From Adineta vaga (taxonomy: Eukaryota; Animalia; Rotifera), in assembly GCA_021613535.1 (NCBI GenBank), contig CP075492.1:5580001-5644000 (forward strand): 64,000 nt of DNA, read 5' to 3'. Positions 14,794 through 29,781 of this stretch are shown here, piece after piece. A program made the translations under genes and the position numbers. Position 1 is the first letter of the stretch. Each line of letters begins with the position of its first letter. The notes beneath the pieces are model-generated. The model was not told the DNA's origin. It was given only the letters and a program-made list of their open reading frames with translations, and did not search any database.

Positions 14794-15871
14794 TTTTCAT
14801 AATATATCGACACTTCTCTTTGTGAACCTGTACAGTTCATATCTGCTTTTCGAACAGTCTTTTGTGTTTTCTCGTTGTATTCATATCATTTCCTTGTGAC
14901 CTATTTGTAGTGTACTTCTTTTGACTTTTTGAAATTTTTTGTCTTCTGTTGTTTCAATATTCAAATACAACTATATACAAGCATAAGCAAGAGTTACATT
15001 GATTGATTTTTCATTTGTAAAATAAGAAGATTGTATATATAACGTTTAATATGTGCTCAAGTAGTGTCTCATTGAAATTTTTTTTTTTGACATTACTAAA
15101 GATAGAATGTCTACTGAAAAAGAAAAGAATGCTAAGTAGCATCGTTTATGAATGTCCTTGTTTTATAGGTGAGTAAAACATGTAGTTAGCTTTATATATA
15201 TTCATTTTTTAATTACATTTTCTATCCCTTTGATTGTTATATAGAGTTCATTTACTTACTTGCGGACATCTGATGACTAATATATATATATATATATCCG
15301 TGAAATAGAATATAGTTGTCAGATTTAATGATTCTCATATTCAATTATCTTCACTAAGACCATGAGAGTGCATCGTATGTTGTCTTAGATAAGCTTTTTT
15401 ATAGACTCGGTACTCATGCACGTGAGATTGATTGGCTGCAATTCGGTGCGACCTTTCGCTGAAACTGTTTTTGTAGTTTGAAGTATACACATCATCTGAT
15501 GATATCATCTAATATGTTCTTAAAAGAGCATCAATTACAAACTTTTATACAAATGCAATTCAACTTGCTTCCACTCATGTTGATCATGTGGTAATAAACT
15601 CAATATCAATACATTCATCAATTAATTTCTACCATTTTGATGTAAAAGAAACTGTAAATAGAAAATTCGAAGTCTTTCTTTTTCATATATAAATAAAAAA
15701 TATAGAAAAGAAAAAGCTTATTAAAATGAACAACATTTGAACCATTCAACACTTAGCAAAACAAAAGAATGAAAAATAGAGCAAAAGAAATAAGGACACA
15801 AAAAGAGTATGTCTTTTCACTATACATATATAAATATTTTTTTTCTATATTGTTTTGTAAGAATAAAACGA

Positions 15872-18800
15872 CTAGACAATGGTTGAATTAATCGACTGTT
15901 TTTCTAAAATATGTTCACGTGTCATGTAAATCTCTTCAAATTGTCTCAAAGTACGATCCGAATAATGATTGGGTAAAATAGTCCTCTGGTCATCAGATTG
16001 TAGATTAAATCGAACACGTCTTGTCGTATCTGTACCATTCGTTAGTACTGACGATGGTGATGGATTTTTACTTAGAAGTCCTTCTTTAATCATAATATAT
16101 GGTTGTCGATAGGATGTCAATAGATGATTATTACCATTAGGTATCGAAGGATCTGATGTGTCTGATGAACCACAAAATCCATCATCAGAACTAACAGGTG
16201 TATGTGGACAATTGTTTGATGATGATGATGACACAACTGCAACAGTATATTCAGTAGGTGTCTGTCGTTTTGGTGGACATAATTCATGAGAAAGTGTTGA
16301 AGGTGGTCGAAGTGAAAGATGATTATATGAATGAAATGTCGATGAATCAGTACTACGTTGTGAATAATGAGATTCAGGATGATTGATCCAAGATGGATAT
16401 GACTAAAAAGAAGTTTTTAGTTTGAGAAAGAAAATCTCGATTATAGAAGTTTACTCTGCTTTTTTGTGAATCATAAATATCATGTTCATTGATTGTATCA
16501 AGTAGACAACAACTATCATTAATAATTGGTGTTGTAGAAAGTATATCTTTGCCAAGCATTAGTAATGAAGAATCATTATAATCTAAACAATTTGTTACTT
16601 GTAAATTTCCTTTCATTGATGGTTTTAAAAGATTAATTGTTGAACTATTTGACTGTTGTTGAGAATTTGATGAAATTGAATTTTGTTTCTTCAATAATTT
16701 CTTTTCTTTCAATGTTTTACGTCGAATTAATGAAATAAAAATAAATGTTATTCCAATAAGTATAAGAATTAATAAGACAAATACAATCAAAAGAAGATAT
16801 CTATTTGATTGATCAATTCTCGATGAAGATTGAACTTTTGAATTTTGATATTGTAAATAAGAAAAACGATTATTTAAATGTAAACCAAGATAATCATATT
16901 GTTTCATAATCATTTGTACATGTTCATAATCTTTAACAACAATTAATTTCAATAATTTTTCATCATAAAAATCGACACCATCGACAATCTAAATGATGAG
17001 AAGAAAAAACAAAATAAAAGAAAAATTTTTCGAGAAAAACATACTTTAAATGCTAAATAATAAACACCTTCATGTAAATTTGTTCCATTTGATGAATTGT
17101 AAAATAATCTACCTTGTTGATCGAGAAAGAATTTAAAAGAATCAAATTGAAGAATATTTGCATATGAATTTAAATAATCGAAATTTTTCAATTGATCAAA
17201 ATGATAAATTAATAATAATGTATGAGTTTGAAGAAGATCACCATCGAGAATTTCAATTTGACATATATAATCATTAACATTCCAATAAGCAAGATCAATA
17301 ATTAGTGTATCATTTTTATCATTAGGAAATATAAATCGAGGAATTTCATCGTTTAAATCAAGAATTTTCACATGAATTTTAATCGATGAAGAAACATGGT
17401 AACCATCCGAAGCGATTATATTGAACATATATTGATCGAATTGTTCACGATCAAATGAAGTCAATGCAAAGATTTTACCATCCGTAGGCGACAGAGAAAA
17501 GAGAGATGAAACTCGATCAGATGAAGTATCGAATTTATAAATAAGTTCGGAACCATCCGGATCAAAAGCAGTTACTTGACCGATATAACTTTGTGTTGGA
17601 TTGTTTTCATAAATTGAAAATTCATAAGTAGATTTAGGAAACTAAAAGAAAACAGATTAATTTAAAGATTTGATTCAATGAATTTACCTTTGGAATATTA
17701 TCATTTTGATCGATGATATTAACAATAATCATTGCTGTTGTTTTTAACGAATGTCCTATCTTTGGATGATCAATAGCTGTAACATTAAAAGAAAAATGTT
17801 GAATTTCTTCATAATCAAATTGTATATTTGTTCGAATAATTCCTGTTTGACTATCGATCCAAACATAACGATTTATTTCACTATTCAATTCATAAGTAAT
17901 TCGTCCATTTTCTTCTAAATCCGAATCATTCGCAAATATTTGTATTAATGTTGTATTAAGAAAATTATTTTCTTGTATATCAACATAATAAATATCTTTT
18001 TCGAATTGTGGTGCATTATCATTGGTATCGAGAATATTAATCAATAATCGATAATATGATGTTAATATTGGTTTACCATGATCATTGATGATTATATTTA
18101 TGATATAATTATCTTGAATTTCTCGATCTAATTTCGTATTTGTTAATAAAACATAGGTCGATTCACCATACGGACCGGCAATAGTAAATGGAAGATTGTC
18201 GGATGAATTGATTTTCAAATCAAATTTTGCAGGTGAATCAAGATCTGATGCAATTAGATTAGCTATAATAACATCTTTTTGTTGAACTTTCGATTCATGT
18301 ACAGAGATTTCAATATGAAATGAATCTGTATCATTAATGACTTGAATAAGTTGTAAAGGGAAATTCCATGATAATAACGGTGGACAATCATTCGTATCAT
18401 CGACATCGATAATAACATATGTATAGAATGGAATATGATGTATATCATGAGCTTGAAGAACTAATTTCCATGTTGTTATTGTTTCATAATCTAATGGATG
18501 TAATAACGATAGATGACCTGTGGTAGAATTCAATGAGAAATATTCGAAATTTTTCTTCGAATTCGTTGATGAGAGAAGATAATTAGATGATTGACATGAG
18601 AGAGTTGTTTTGATTTGAAGGAAATTTTTATAAATCTCATTTTCTTTTAGTTTCATACGATAGGGATTTTTTTCGAATTGACATAAATGATTTTTTTGAC
18701 AATTGGTTTGATTTGATCGAATATTAAGTTCATAGATCGTTGTATTGTGTGGAAAAATCAATTCTAAGATTAATGTTGAATTTAATGAACATAATTGTTT

Positions 18801-19010
18801 TAATGATGTTCGTGTTATTAATTGACATGATGGATTTAATGCGAAATATTTCGATTCCATTTGTAAATTACATCGATATGGATGAAATTGATGACGAAAA
18901 TCATGAAGAATTATATTCGATTTTAGATAATTATTTGGATCGATGTAAATAGTTGAAATGGCTTCGATCGAAGAAATCGAAAATATCGAGAAGATTAAAA
19001 GAGAAATCAT
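15872..19010 (-). CDS. Protocadherin-like cadherin
   Basis: Signal peptide, repeated cadherin motifs (LDYE, DxNDxxP, LDRE, AxDxD, FDYE), TM YLLLIVFVLLILILIGITFIFISLI and a Ser-rich cytoplasmic tail. Confidence 0.92.
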
Positions 19011-22000
19011 TGATGAATTTTATCTAGAAATAAATGATATTTTGAATAGAAGAAAAAAACTTCAGTAGAATTTCCAAGGACAAGAAACGATTGCAATATA
19101 ATAAATATGGAATCAATTAATAAAGTTATAACAATATCGTTTTCCTTTTAGACACGACGATCTTTCCTGTTTATTCATCTATCGATCCATTAGTATTCTA
19201 ATTGTTCCGAAGGACAGATGTGTGTTCTATATGAAATTTCCTGTTTCCTGTCAACATCGAAATCAATAAACGAACTGTAGGCACATCAATCTCTAACTTA
19301 TCATCAAACAAACGAAAATTTCACTTCTATTCACTGAACTTTTACATTTGATTTGATATAAGTATCGGACATGCGTTTATTATTGATTAAAAAACAAGAA
19401 AAATGATCCATCTCAGTCTAAGTTCTATTTTTGAAATATTAATCAATAAATCTTCTTTCTTTCTTTCGTTCTTTTTCTTTCTCCTCGGAAAATAATTAAC
19501 AATGCTTCATTACGTTTATTGAATTACATCATATTCATATCTAATTCTAGTAAATAGAACTATATATAAAATTCAATCTCCCCCGAGTGTTAATCGATTG
19601 AACAAATGATGATTGAAGAAAGCAAGAATGTGAATGAGAAAAATTGTGACGAACAAACAATACAATTGTCATACCATGACTTGATCAGAAGTGATTCAAT
19701 CTCGTTTCGTTCAATTCTGTAATCAAGACATATCTTAATGATTAGGAGAATTTTTATATATTCATTTGATAATCCTCTACATATCGATATTCAATACTTA
19801 GCACGCACGTTATACGGCTTACGAACTGATATGAACAACGATGGGTGGGCATCTATGTACGTACATGTTCAATGTAATCAATCGTATGATATAATCAAGT
19901 CTATACTATCACTACGAGAAAAGTATGAAAGGAATAGAGAAAGAAAGAAAGAAAGAAAGATCCTGAATACAATTAGAGTTCTATACTCACGACAAGCAAC
20001 CGGATGGTAGTATGGGTGAATAACTTTAATGAGATTAGAATTAACAGAGAGTATCTTCTGACGTAATTTCAATTTTTTTTTGTTCATTCACACTTGTCTA
20101 TGTCAAAAACACTTACATACTTGATGATTTGTCTTCGAATTTTGTTTTATCAAATGAAATAAGTCTAATCTTGTAACATGTATATATGTATATATGATCT
20201 GGAATAGATTGAAATGCCATTTGTTCTATTGTGTGTCTGAGAAAAAGATCATCTGTCACGTCAGTAAATGCATGAACATTGTTATCTTAAATGTGACAGT
20301 CTTGTTCATAACTTGTTGAAGAGAAGAGGAAGAGAAGAGTAATCCATTAGATTGATGTCTAATCGCAGCAAGCGTCTAATGGTCAACACTCATAAGTGAT
20401 TTGATTCGATGATTGTTTACTTGAAAGTAGGAATGAGAAAGAGAGAAAGGAAAAGAGTGTCAATAGCACATTGATTCTCATTTGTTGAAAATCATAAACC
20501 AAAGTGACATGTAAAAGAGAGAAAGAAAAAGAGAAAAAAAAACTATTTGAACTAACATAAACAAATAGTATAACTGTCGTCATCACTATTGAATGTTCAT
20601 ATGTACATATACATTATAGTAATGTGTTTGATAATTGTTCAAACGGCTATTGTTCGTGAACAGTGTATGTTTTTAATGATTGTCTACAGCTGTTCAAGTC
20701 ACTTTTTTTTTGAAATCGAACAATGTCAATAATGAATATCATGAAAAGAATGTCTTCTTTTTCTATAGAATATACATCTATGTTAATAATCATCATTATC
20801 TCTGAAAGTGAAAATGATAGACAACAAGATTATCTTTTCTGTCATAGATCAAGGTAATTCTCACCATTCTCCAATATATTTCTGTTTGTCTAACATAAGT
20901 AGCTTACTTCATAGTTGGATATACATATGATATCGTTCTTTTTGTATTCTCACACGCGTGGATGAATACTTACTATGGCTATCGCTACTACTACTGCAAT
21001 ATATATATGTATTTATGTACACGACAAACCTGCGGTTATGTACATAGAGAAAGAGAGAGAGAGAGAGAGAGTAAAAAAAGACTTGTACACGATGCAAACA
21101 AAGTTAATTAAAGAACGAACCGGATGAAGGATGGAGTACAATATATGTTTGTATGTGACGCAAGATGTTCAGTGACAAAGAGAGCAGAGCTGTGCCGATA
21201 GTCAAATTTGTTAACGGTATATACAACATAACAACCTTGAAGGAAGAAGAAGAAGTTGTACATGTGAACAATCTTTTCAATATATAGAGATAATTAGTTT
21301 ACTCAAAGAATTCAAAAAAAAAGATTAATAGATATTTTTATTAAATATATTTATATTTCTGTATGTTTAATGGCTCGTGCTATGATAAGATCAGACGCGT
21401 CATTGTTTGTTCTTTTGACTATCTCACATATTTCTTATGTAATAGAATGATTATTTAGATAGATTATAGAACTGTTGCCACTTACTTTGTTCATGACAGT
21501 TACTTCAAAAATGATCTTATTAATTCATATTCTATGTATATCAATCAATGAAATAACTATAACTATTTAATGATCGATAAGAAGAGGAGAAAAAAAAACC
21601 GGAGGTCAATCTAATATTATATCATAAGATTCATTACTATTGAATCCTTTACAAAAAAATGATATGTATATATATATATACACATAGAAGGAGAGAAAAA
21701 AAGAGAGGAAAAAACCTGAAGGCTAATGATAACAACGATTGTAATCATAAAGATAGAATATTGTTTGATTTCACGATGGATTACTTAGAGGACATTCAAT
21801 ATGAGCGAATGAATATAGAAGAATGTCCCTGAACAAAATATGAGCATTCAGTAATATTCATATCTGTGATTTTGAATAATAGGAAAAAAATGAAGAAGAA
21901 GATAAATATATAATCAATAAAGAGAAAAATCCGACTCTTTGGATATAATCATTAAGAAGAGTAAAGATGTATATCTTTGTTCAGCATATGTTACACATAT

Positions 22001-23922
22001 AAACATTATTGACATGTCGCATTTTGTCTATACAATTGGATGTGTAACAAAAATGAAAGTATTCCCAAAGTACGATTGATTATTCAATGGTTTGTAACCA
22101 TGAGTTGTGTCTGTTCGCTTTTTCTTTATAATTATCACCTTGAACAACATTTATCTAATTCAATCGATTAGAGATATTCTTCTCTTCTCTTCTCTTATTT
22201 TGCCTTGATACATACTTTTCTACTTGTCGCTATGATGTGTTTATAACAATCTGTCCTATTAGTCTGATCATTTTCCAAAGGTTCTCCGGCTTTTCTTTTG
22301 TATCATCTGTCATCAATGCTTTGTTGATGATGTTTATATAAAAACAAAGATGTAACAAAGAAGAGAAAAGTAATAACCTTATCGATCATTGTCGAGTATA
22401 GCGGATTGTTGATCAATTCATATATGGAGATTATCATTTGATTTTGTCAAGACATATAACGAATGGACACGCATAGTACGAAATAGAAATCGATCAAAAT
22501 TACCTGATACATATACACCTCGACGAGAAAAGGTGGATACGAATGACCATGTATCATTTTGTCATCATTTTTTTTTCACTCTCACTCATACACGCAATCG
22601 AAATTTGTGTTTTACGAATTTTTTTACAAACGTCATATATACATGTAGTAATAATGTGAAAGATATAGACATGAAAATCGATTGAATCAATAGATTATAT
22701 ATAAGATTTTTTTCATTGCAGAAATCAGATCATGATTGTTATTAGATAAGAAGAAGAATCATTCGATTAAAAGACATATCTTCTAATAGTAATCACGAAC
22801 ACCCACACCCTCAATTCAATAAATTAATTCTCACCCACCTTTCACACAGGAAAAATGTTTCGATTAATAAAACACATTTTATTTGATTATTGAAACCATT
22901 CATATGAAATTCGCAGGCCATATATATTCTAGCCCCATTATTCAAAACATAGAATACGAACTTTGTCTTCTTTGCTAACGTTTCGTATATGAGTCAATGA
23001 AAACTAATAGAATTCGAATAACAACAATCATTGCTACGATCATTTTATCTAAACATTTATTTTAGTTTATCTACAAAAACCTATCGTTCAACATTGTTTT
23101 GACTCACTGAATTATGAATTTTATCGTTGTTGATTTTTCCTAGCATGGAATCAGATTTGATATGGTCAATTCATGTGCAATAGATAGCATATTTGTTTTT
23201 CTCTTACTTATCTGAAGTAGAAATAATGAATCAGTTCGTTTACTATTTGTTTGATAACCAAACGGAGACTTCAAGAAACTGAGTTCCATGAAAGAAGAAT
23301 TAACTATCCGTATACTGATATCATTTTTATTCTTTTCACACATTTCATCGTCAACTAAACTCTTATATCCGTTTTATGATATATTAGTTTGAGATAATAT
23401 ATATGATTAGAAATTATATAGATTTCAACAATTGTCAAAAATTACCTAGATGTCTCAGGATACTTCTCAAATAATCATCCAATTAAATTGCTCGTGTAAT
23501 ATGTAATTCACAAAATTGGGTATAGTACTTGTTTTGATTCATGATATCAATCGATGCGTATCATTATTGAAAGCAAGTTTTATATTGAAGACAATATGTT
23601 TATCTCTGACCACGATTTTTCTTTTCTTTCCTAATATAGAGTAGTTCTATTGATAAGTGACAATATTTAGCAATAACTTTCGAAAGATAATTACTTAGAG
23701 AAAAAGGAAGCTTTTTTTTTTGTTTTATATAATATTTGAAGACGATAAAAATGTTTGTTGATGACGAGAAACGTCGCAGGTGACTCAAGTATTTTCCAAT
23801 TCTATCTCAAAACACAACAAGTTAATAATATATATTTTATTTTACACACATGTTTGTCTGAGTATTTTTGTTCTTTTCTGTCTCGTTAAGAATCGTGGTT
23901 TTTTGCAGACGTTATATTAACA

Positions 23923-26900
23923 ATGGCAATTAATTATTTAAATGAAATTATTTCAATATTTTTTGATCGCAATGTTAATCAGCTGAACGACGATGATTTG
24001 AGCGACACTATTAAAGTTAAAGATAATACTTGTTCACGTGATCAAATTTGCCGCATCTTACAAGAATCACCATCACTTTTTCAACTTCAGTACGCCAGAA
24101 ATGGAAGAGTTCGTGTGTCTGTCGAACCTACAGTAAATTAATTGATTCTGTGTTTTTGTTATCATTCATTTGATATGCTTTTAGATCGATATATGTCAAG
24201 ACTTTCTCAATGGAAGATGTTCATTTAATTCACAAAGATGTGATCGACTTCATTTATGTCGTCAGTTTGGTCATTGTTCTAAAAAAGGTTGTCGATTTCC
24301 GCATAATTTTACTCACGGACAAAATCGACGTATTGTTGAACAGTCAAACTGTGTGAATATTGATCCATTCTTGCTTGTTCGTTTAATACGATTCCATAAG
24401 AGATTTTCTACTCATTCAAATAAGGTAATATTGTTGACTTATCATTGACAGACATTTGCAGCACATTTTAGACTGCAAATATTTCTGCTCCTGTCTCAAA
24501 ACTATTAGATGGCATACCACCATCACTACAAAAGAGATCTACTCAACAAGGTTTCGGGGGTAGAAATAATACGAATGTTACTCGAGCGGCTCGACGTCAT
24601 CGGTCAAAAAGTGTTACTAAGCCGGTCAATACTCCTGTATTTTCACAAACATTTCAACGCAGTCGATCAAAAAGTGTTACCGAACAAAGCGATGATACTG
24701 GACCCATCCGAACATTCAGACAGGGTCGACAAAAAAGTCCTGCTAGAAGATGTAATGATAGTGTTTGTACACAAGCTCCTCGACGTGGTCGATCGCGAAG
24801 TGTTAATGCGGTAGATAATTACATGTCATCGACTACAAATAATCATCAAATCAATACAGCTTGTTCAAAGGCATGGATATCGCATGATGTTGATAATATC
24901 ACGTCCAAGGTAACAGTCAATCTTCGTCGCAGTTGGGCAATGATTGTGAATCATCCAATATTCGCCATTGAGTACAAAAACTATATACGTAGGTTAATTC
25001 TTAGAAGATCTTTATATAAACTAAGGTAAAAGCCAAACTCTTAAGAAACTTGTTCTGAGTAACTTATCGACATATATTTCTGTAAGTAGGATAGTTGAAA
25101 TAATAATGTGAACCTTAATTCTAGAAATGAAATTAACACAATTTTACTTGAATAATCATACCAACTTTCTTCTGTTTACAGGATCTGAATTTGGCTGTGA
25201 AATTATAATTCAACAAGATACAGTTGAAATGTCTTATGATCGTAGCTCAAATAAGTTAACCGATGCAAATGCTTCTGCTCTTTTAAATGATCGAAACAGC
25301 AAATTTATGCGAAGATTTGATATTCGTTCAGTTGGTTTACAGCAGAATAGCGCACAGCTAAATATTCTGCAGGAAAATTCGTCAATTGTAGCATTTCATT
25401 GCAGCCGGGGCAGCAATTACGTGCTGGCAATGAAAAAATCAGATGCAACGTCTATGATGAATAAACTATTTTCAAAACATTCTGGAGGCAATCGAGTTCC
25501 GTCAGCAGCAACATCATCAAATGTTCATGAAACATTCAGATCTGTTACGGAAAAGTAAGCGGTATGATACTTATGTACAGTATACGTCTTACTTTTACTT
25601 TAGACCTTCAGCACCACCTGTAATATATATACCACAATCACTTGCTAATAGAATATCTACTAATTCTAGGTACGCTATGTATACATTGTTTTAATACTAG
25701 ACTTTGCTTTATCTTCTAGACCTGTTATGAAAGATGAGATTGTTACTGAATGTAGAACATTATCAATTATTACTCCGTCACAACAAGCTTTATTGACTGA
25801 TAAATCATTTGAAAGTTATTTACAAAACTATTTCGATACGATATATAATGTTCGATTTAATATCGAACATTTGACGAACAATAACAGAAGTCTTTCGGTA
25901 CAGGTAATAGGCCGACGCACTATGATTAACGAAGTACTCAAAGAACTATTATCATTAATTTCGTTGTGTCGTACAACGACTTTCGACAGACCGACGGGTT
26001 AGATTGGTTTTCTTCTAGTTTACCAAATTGTTCTATCAATTTAGATGATGCTTGGATAAATATCACGGGTGTTGTACATCTTATACAATATCAATGCAAC
26101 ATGCGCAACATCATATGCATTTGTGAGGAACAAGTAATGCCATTTGCAATATTAATACATTATATCGACGTGGAACATCATAAATTTGGCGTTAATGAGG
26201 AACTTTTACAAAAGTTATGTCGAAATATTCTGATTTTAGCGACATGTATACCGACTAACTATGACAGTGAATGGATAGCACTGCGAACAAATATTAGTAA
26301 GCATCATGATTACAGTAAACGTATATGTTTACTAGAAAAACAACATTCTCTCATTCTCTATGGTGAAACTGCAATTACGAAAGATTTTCAACGGCAATTC
26401 GAACTACTTAACGAAAACAATAAGAAGAAAGCTGCTGCTTTAGCTAATACAATGAAATTAAAAACTTTAGAAAAGCATCCTAATTCATGCTCACATGAGG
26501 CAACAGTTACCAATAATACGTCATCTGGTCTTACAAACCGATTGCAAAAAGATAATCAAATGAATCCAACAAGTGAACAAATACAATCAATAGTATTTCA
26601 CGTCGATGAACCTGGTTTTGAAGTTGTAGTCAGTCAAGTATGGAATCGAGTAGTAGCTGTTGTTGATTCAAAATGTTCGATAACAAAACAAATCATTCAT
26701 AATCAGATTCAGATCTCGCTACCTAAAGCAAAAGTAGAACAGTTTGATGACAGTATATCCGATGTTCCATCGTCAGAGAATGATTCAACACCTATAGAAG
26801 ATCCTATAATAGATTCTGCAAACTCAAAAGCATCTTGGTGGTCGAGATTATTTGGAAAGAATAGATCTGATAGTCAATCATCGCCATCTGCACAGGAGAA

Positions 26901-29097
26901 TACTTCTTCTACTCCATTAAGTCCAATATCGACTATAAACGATGAGGTATATATGACAATTGGAAAGTCAAAAATCGTTGCTTGTACTGGAGATTTAACA
27001 AAGCAAGCAGTAAGTATTTTCATCCTTATTAAAAACTATTAGTTGGTCTATAGATTTTTATGAGAGAAAAATTCACTAACTATAGAGGATAAATTTTAAA
27101 TCTGACTAAAATTTAATTTAGGTTGATATCATTGTTGTTTGTTCGACATCGAGATTTTTATGTGATCAAATCACCTTAGTAGCGGGAAATGAAGTGAGAA
27201 ATATTTATCGTCAAAAATCAGCCGGAAATGAATTAACATATGAGACCACTGGCGGTTCTTTACCATGTAAACGCATCGTTTTCCGTCCATGGAACCCGGA
27301 TACACATTGTACTCAAGATGTTAAACAATCAATTGACAAATTCATCACATCAGTTATTATATATGGATTACAAAACAATCTTACAACGATCGGTTCGTCA
27401 ATTTTGTTTGCTAAACTAAGATTAAAAAAAATGAATTTTAGCATTTCCAAGTGTTGGTTGTGGACAATTGGGTTTTGATCCAAATCTAATTGCTGAGTAC
27501 ATGGTTGGCACAACATACGAACGATTAAAAGACTCGACTTACTCTCGTCTAACCATTTCATTTGTATTATTACCTGAGCAAAAAACTGTCTATAATGCTT
27601 TTGTTAATCAAATTAACATAAAACAACGCATAAAAGATATTCCAACAACTATTTCTTTCGTTAAACAAAGTATACTGATTAAAATGACGTTTATTGTATG
27701 TGTATTTTCTTTTTATTTTAGCGGTAAAAATTACATTAACTGGTCCCAAAATAAGTGAATTAAATGAATGTCAAAATAAAATAAAAAAATTCGCTCAAGC
27801 ATATTCCCATAAACTTCATCTAACTGATAAAGATGATGTCATTGATTGGTCTCAAGATACTATTCAAAAATATTATGATTATTGTTTACAACGACGCGTA
27901 ATACCATCACTTGACATTCAAAAGGCTACTCTGGATTTATGTGGACCAAAAGATGCAGTAAGTTATTCTTTCTATAGATTATCATCAAAAGTAGTTCGTA
28001 TTTCGTTAATTCAGATTGCGGAAGCAGATAAATATTTTCTTCAGTTAACTAATGAAACACTTCGAAATGCTCGCTTTAAAGTCATATCGCGTGGTGCTGT
28101 ATGGTCAGTAGAAGTACAATCCGGTAAATGGGAACAATATTCTTATCAAATCAGTGATAAAATTGAAGATGCTCATGCAAAAACGCTTTCATCTGTAAGT
28201 AGAATCACTCTCAATTTATTTCAGTATATATTTAAGTGCACTTAAGATCGATTTTAAAAATCATAAAGGTGAACGTTGTCGAATAGATTTCTCAAATATG
28301 GAAGAAAAATATCAAACACGGATACGAAAAGTATGTCGTAAACGTATTGATTCTTCATTACCTAATGTAAGAAAGTATTAAAACATCTTCTCATATAAAT
28401 TCTTCATAATATATTTCATAAATAGAATTGGGATTTATCCGGTACCAATTTAAAACGAGTAACTCTTTCGAATTCATCTACAGAATATAAAGATGTACTC
28501 ACAAAATTTGACACGACCATGAAAGGAAATTATCGAGAAATCGTAAAAATTGAACGCATTCAAAATGAACGTTGGTATAAACAAGTAATCATTTAGCAAT
28601 TCATTATTCTATTCAAACGAAATATATCACCTCTTTTTCTCTATATGCATTCATTAGTATGCTGCACATCGTGATGAGTTTACTCAACGTCACAAACAAC
28701 CTGATGAACGACTACTATTTCATGGTTGTAATAAGACATCGGCGGAGAAAATTATCAACGAATGTTTTAATCGAGCATTTGCTGGTGTAAATGGTAAGTA
28801 TCTGTTTAACAACTTTTATATACTTGATTAGATTGGTAAATGTTTTTAGGAATCGTTTATGGATGCGGAGTCTATTTTCATGAACATGCACATTATAGTT
28901 CATCCTACACAAGATCAGACACTTCAACTGAACGAACAATGTTTTTAGCTCGTGTTCTCATCGGTAAAACATGTCGTGGTGACTCATCAATGAAAGTACC
29001 ACCTGTGGGATATGATACAACAACCGATGGTGGACATATCTTTGTTGTTTATCATGATGCTGGTGCCTATGGTGAACATTTGATTACATACAAATAG
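23923..29097 (+). CDS. Mono-ADP-ribosyltransferase (PARP family) with CCCH zinc fingers, KH-like region, macrodomain, WWE and ART domain
   Basis: ICQDFLNGRC...CDRLHLC...HC...CRFPH (CCCH), IVACTGDLTKQAVDIIV (macro), VWSVE..GKWEQYS (WWE), LLFHGC / YGCGVYF / MFLARVLIG / IFVVYH..AY.EHLITY (ART). Confidence 0.9.
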
Positions 29098-29781
29098 AAT
29101 CTTTTTTGAATTTCACTCAAATATCCGAGATATTTTTACAAATTAATTGATTAAATAAAATAAATAAATAAATAAATAATGTCATCTGAATATGTAGACG
29201 TATATTACTTTCATTACAACACATTGCGTTAAAGTAATCTTAAGCATTTCAATTAGATCAATCGGCCACATAATAAAAGTAGACAGAATTGATTTAATCA
29301 TATTTATATTCTGTTTTTCTTTTCATAATATGTTACTTTACTTATGTATGTAACATACATTCTAAACATACAAAAAGTAAAAACTTAGTAAAAAAATGCT
29401 TCACAAAACAGAAGCTAATGTGTGCAAGATAGTATATCGGTAATGAGTGAAAGTAGGTTGTGAAATCAAAATGTTCAGTGGCGAAGAAATTTTTTATGCA
29501 TTGAACGTAATCAGAAAAGAAAGAAAAAAAATTAAATATATTATACGAAGCGTCCCCAAGATTACTTTCGAAGATAAAGTTTGCATCTATACACTGACGA
29601 TATATTGCTTTTCGTTCTTTTCCTCACTTAGTGATGCTATGAATTTATTGAACATGCGTACAATCGTTCAATACACGTGTTCGTGTGATATGTCCACATC
29701 TAATGTTCTTTTTTATTTCTATTTATCATTTTTTTTTTGTATATATACATATCATCGATCCGATTAGCGACGTGAACTAAT

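Noticed and set aside
15265-15310. CTGATGA...GAAA resembling a hammerhead ribozyme core
   Set aside because: The intervening sequence is an (AT)n tract without a proper stem II closing pair, and no stems I or III could be built.
23140-23343. Short ORF, with FFHGT in another frame suggesting an ART remnant
   Set aside because: Five residues flanked by stops with no other ART motifs; consistent with chance.
24509-24814. 101-aa ORF MAYHHHYKRD...
   Set aside because: Alternative frame of a PARP exon; the spliced frame is the one giving RSKSV repeats.
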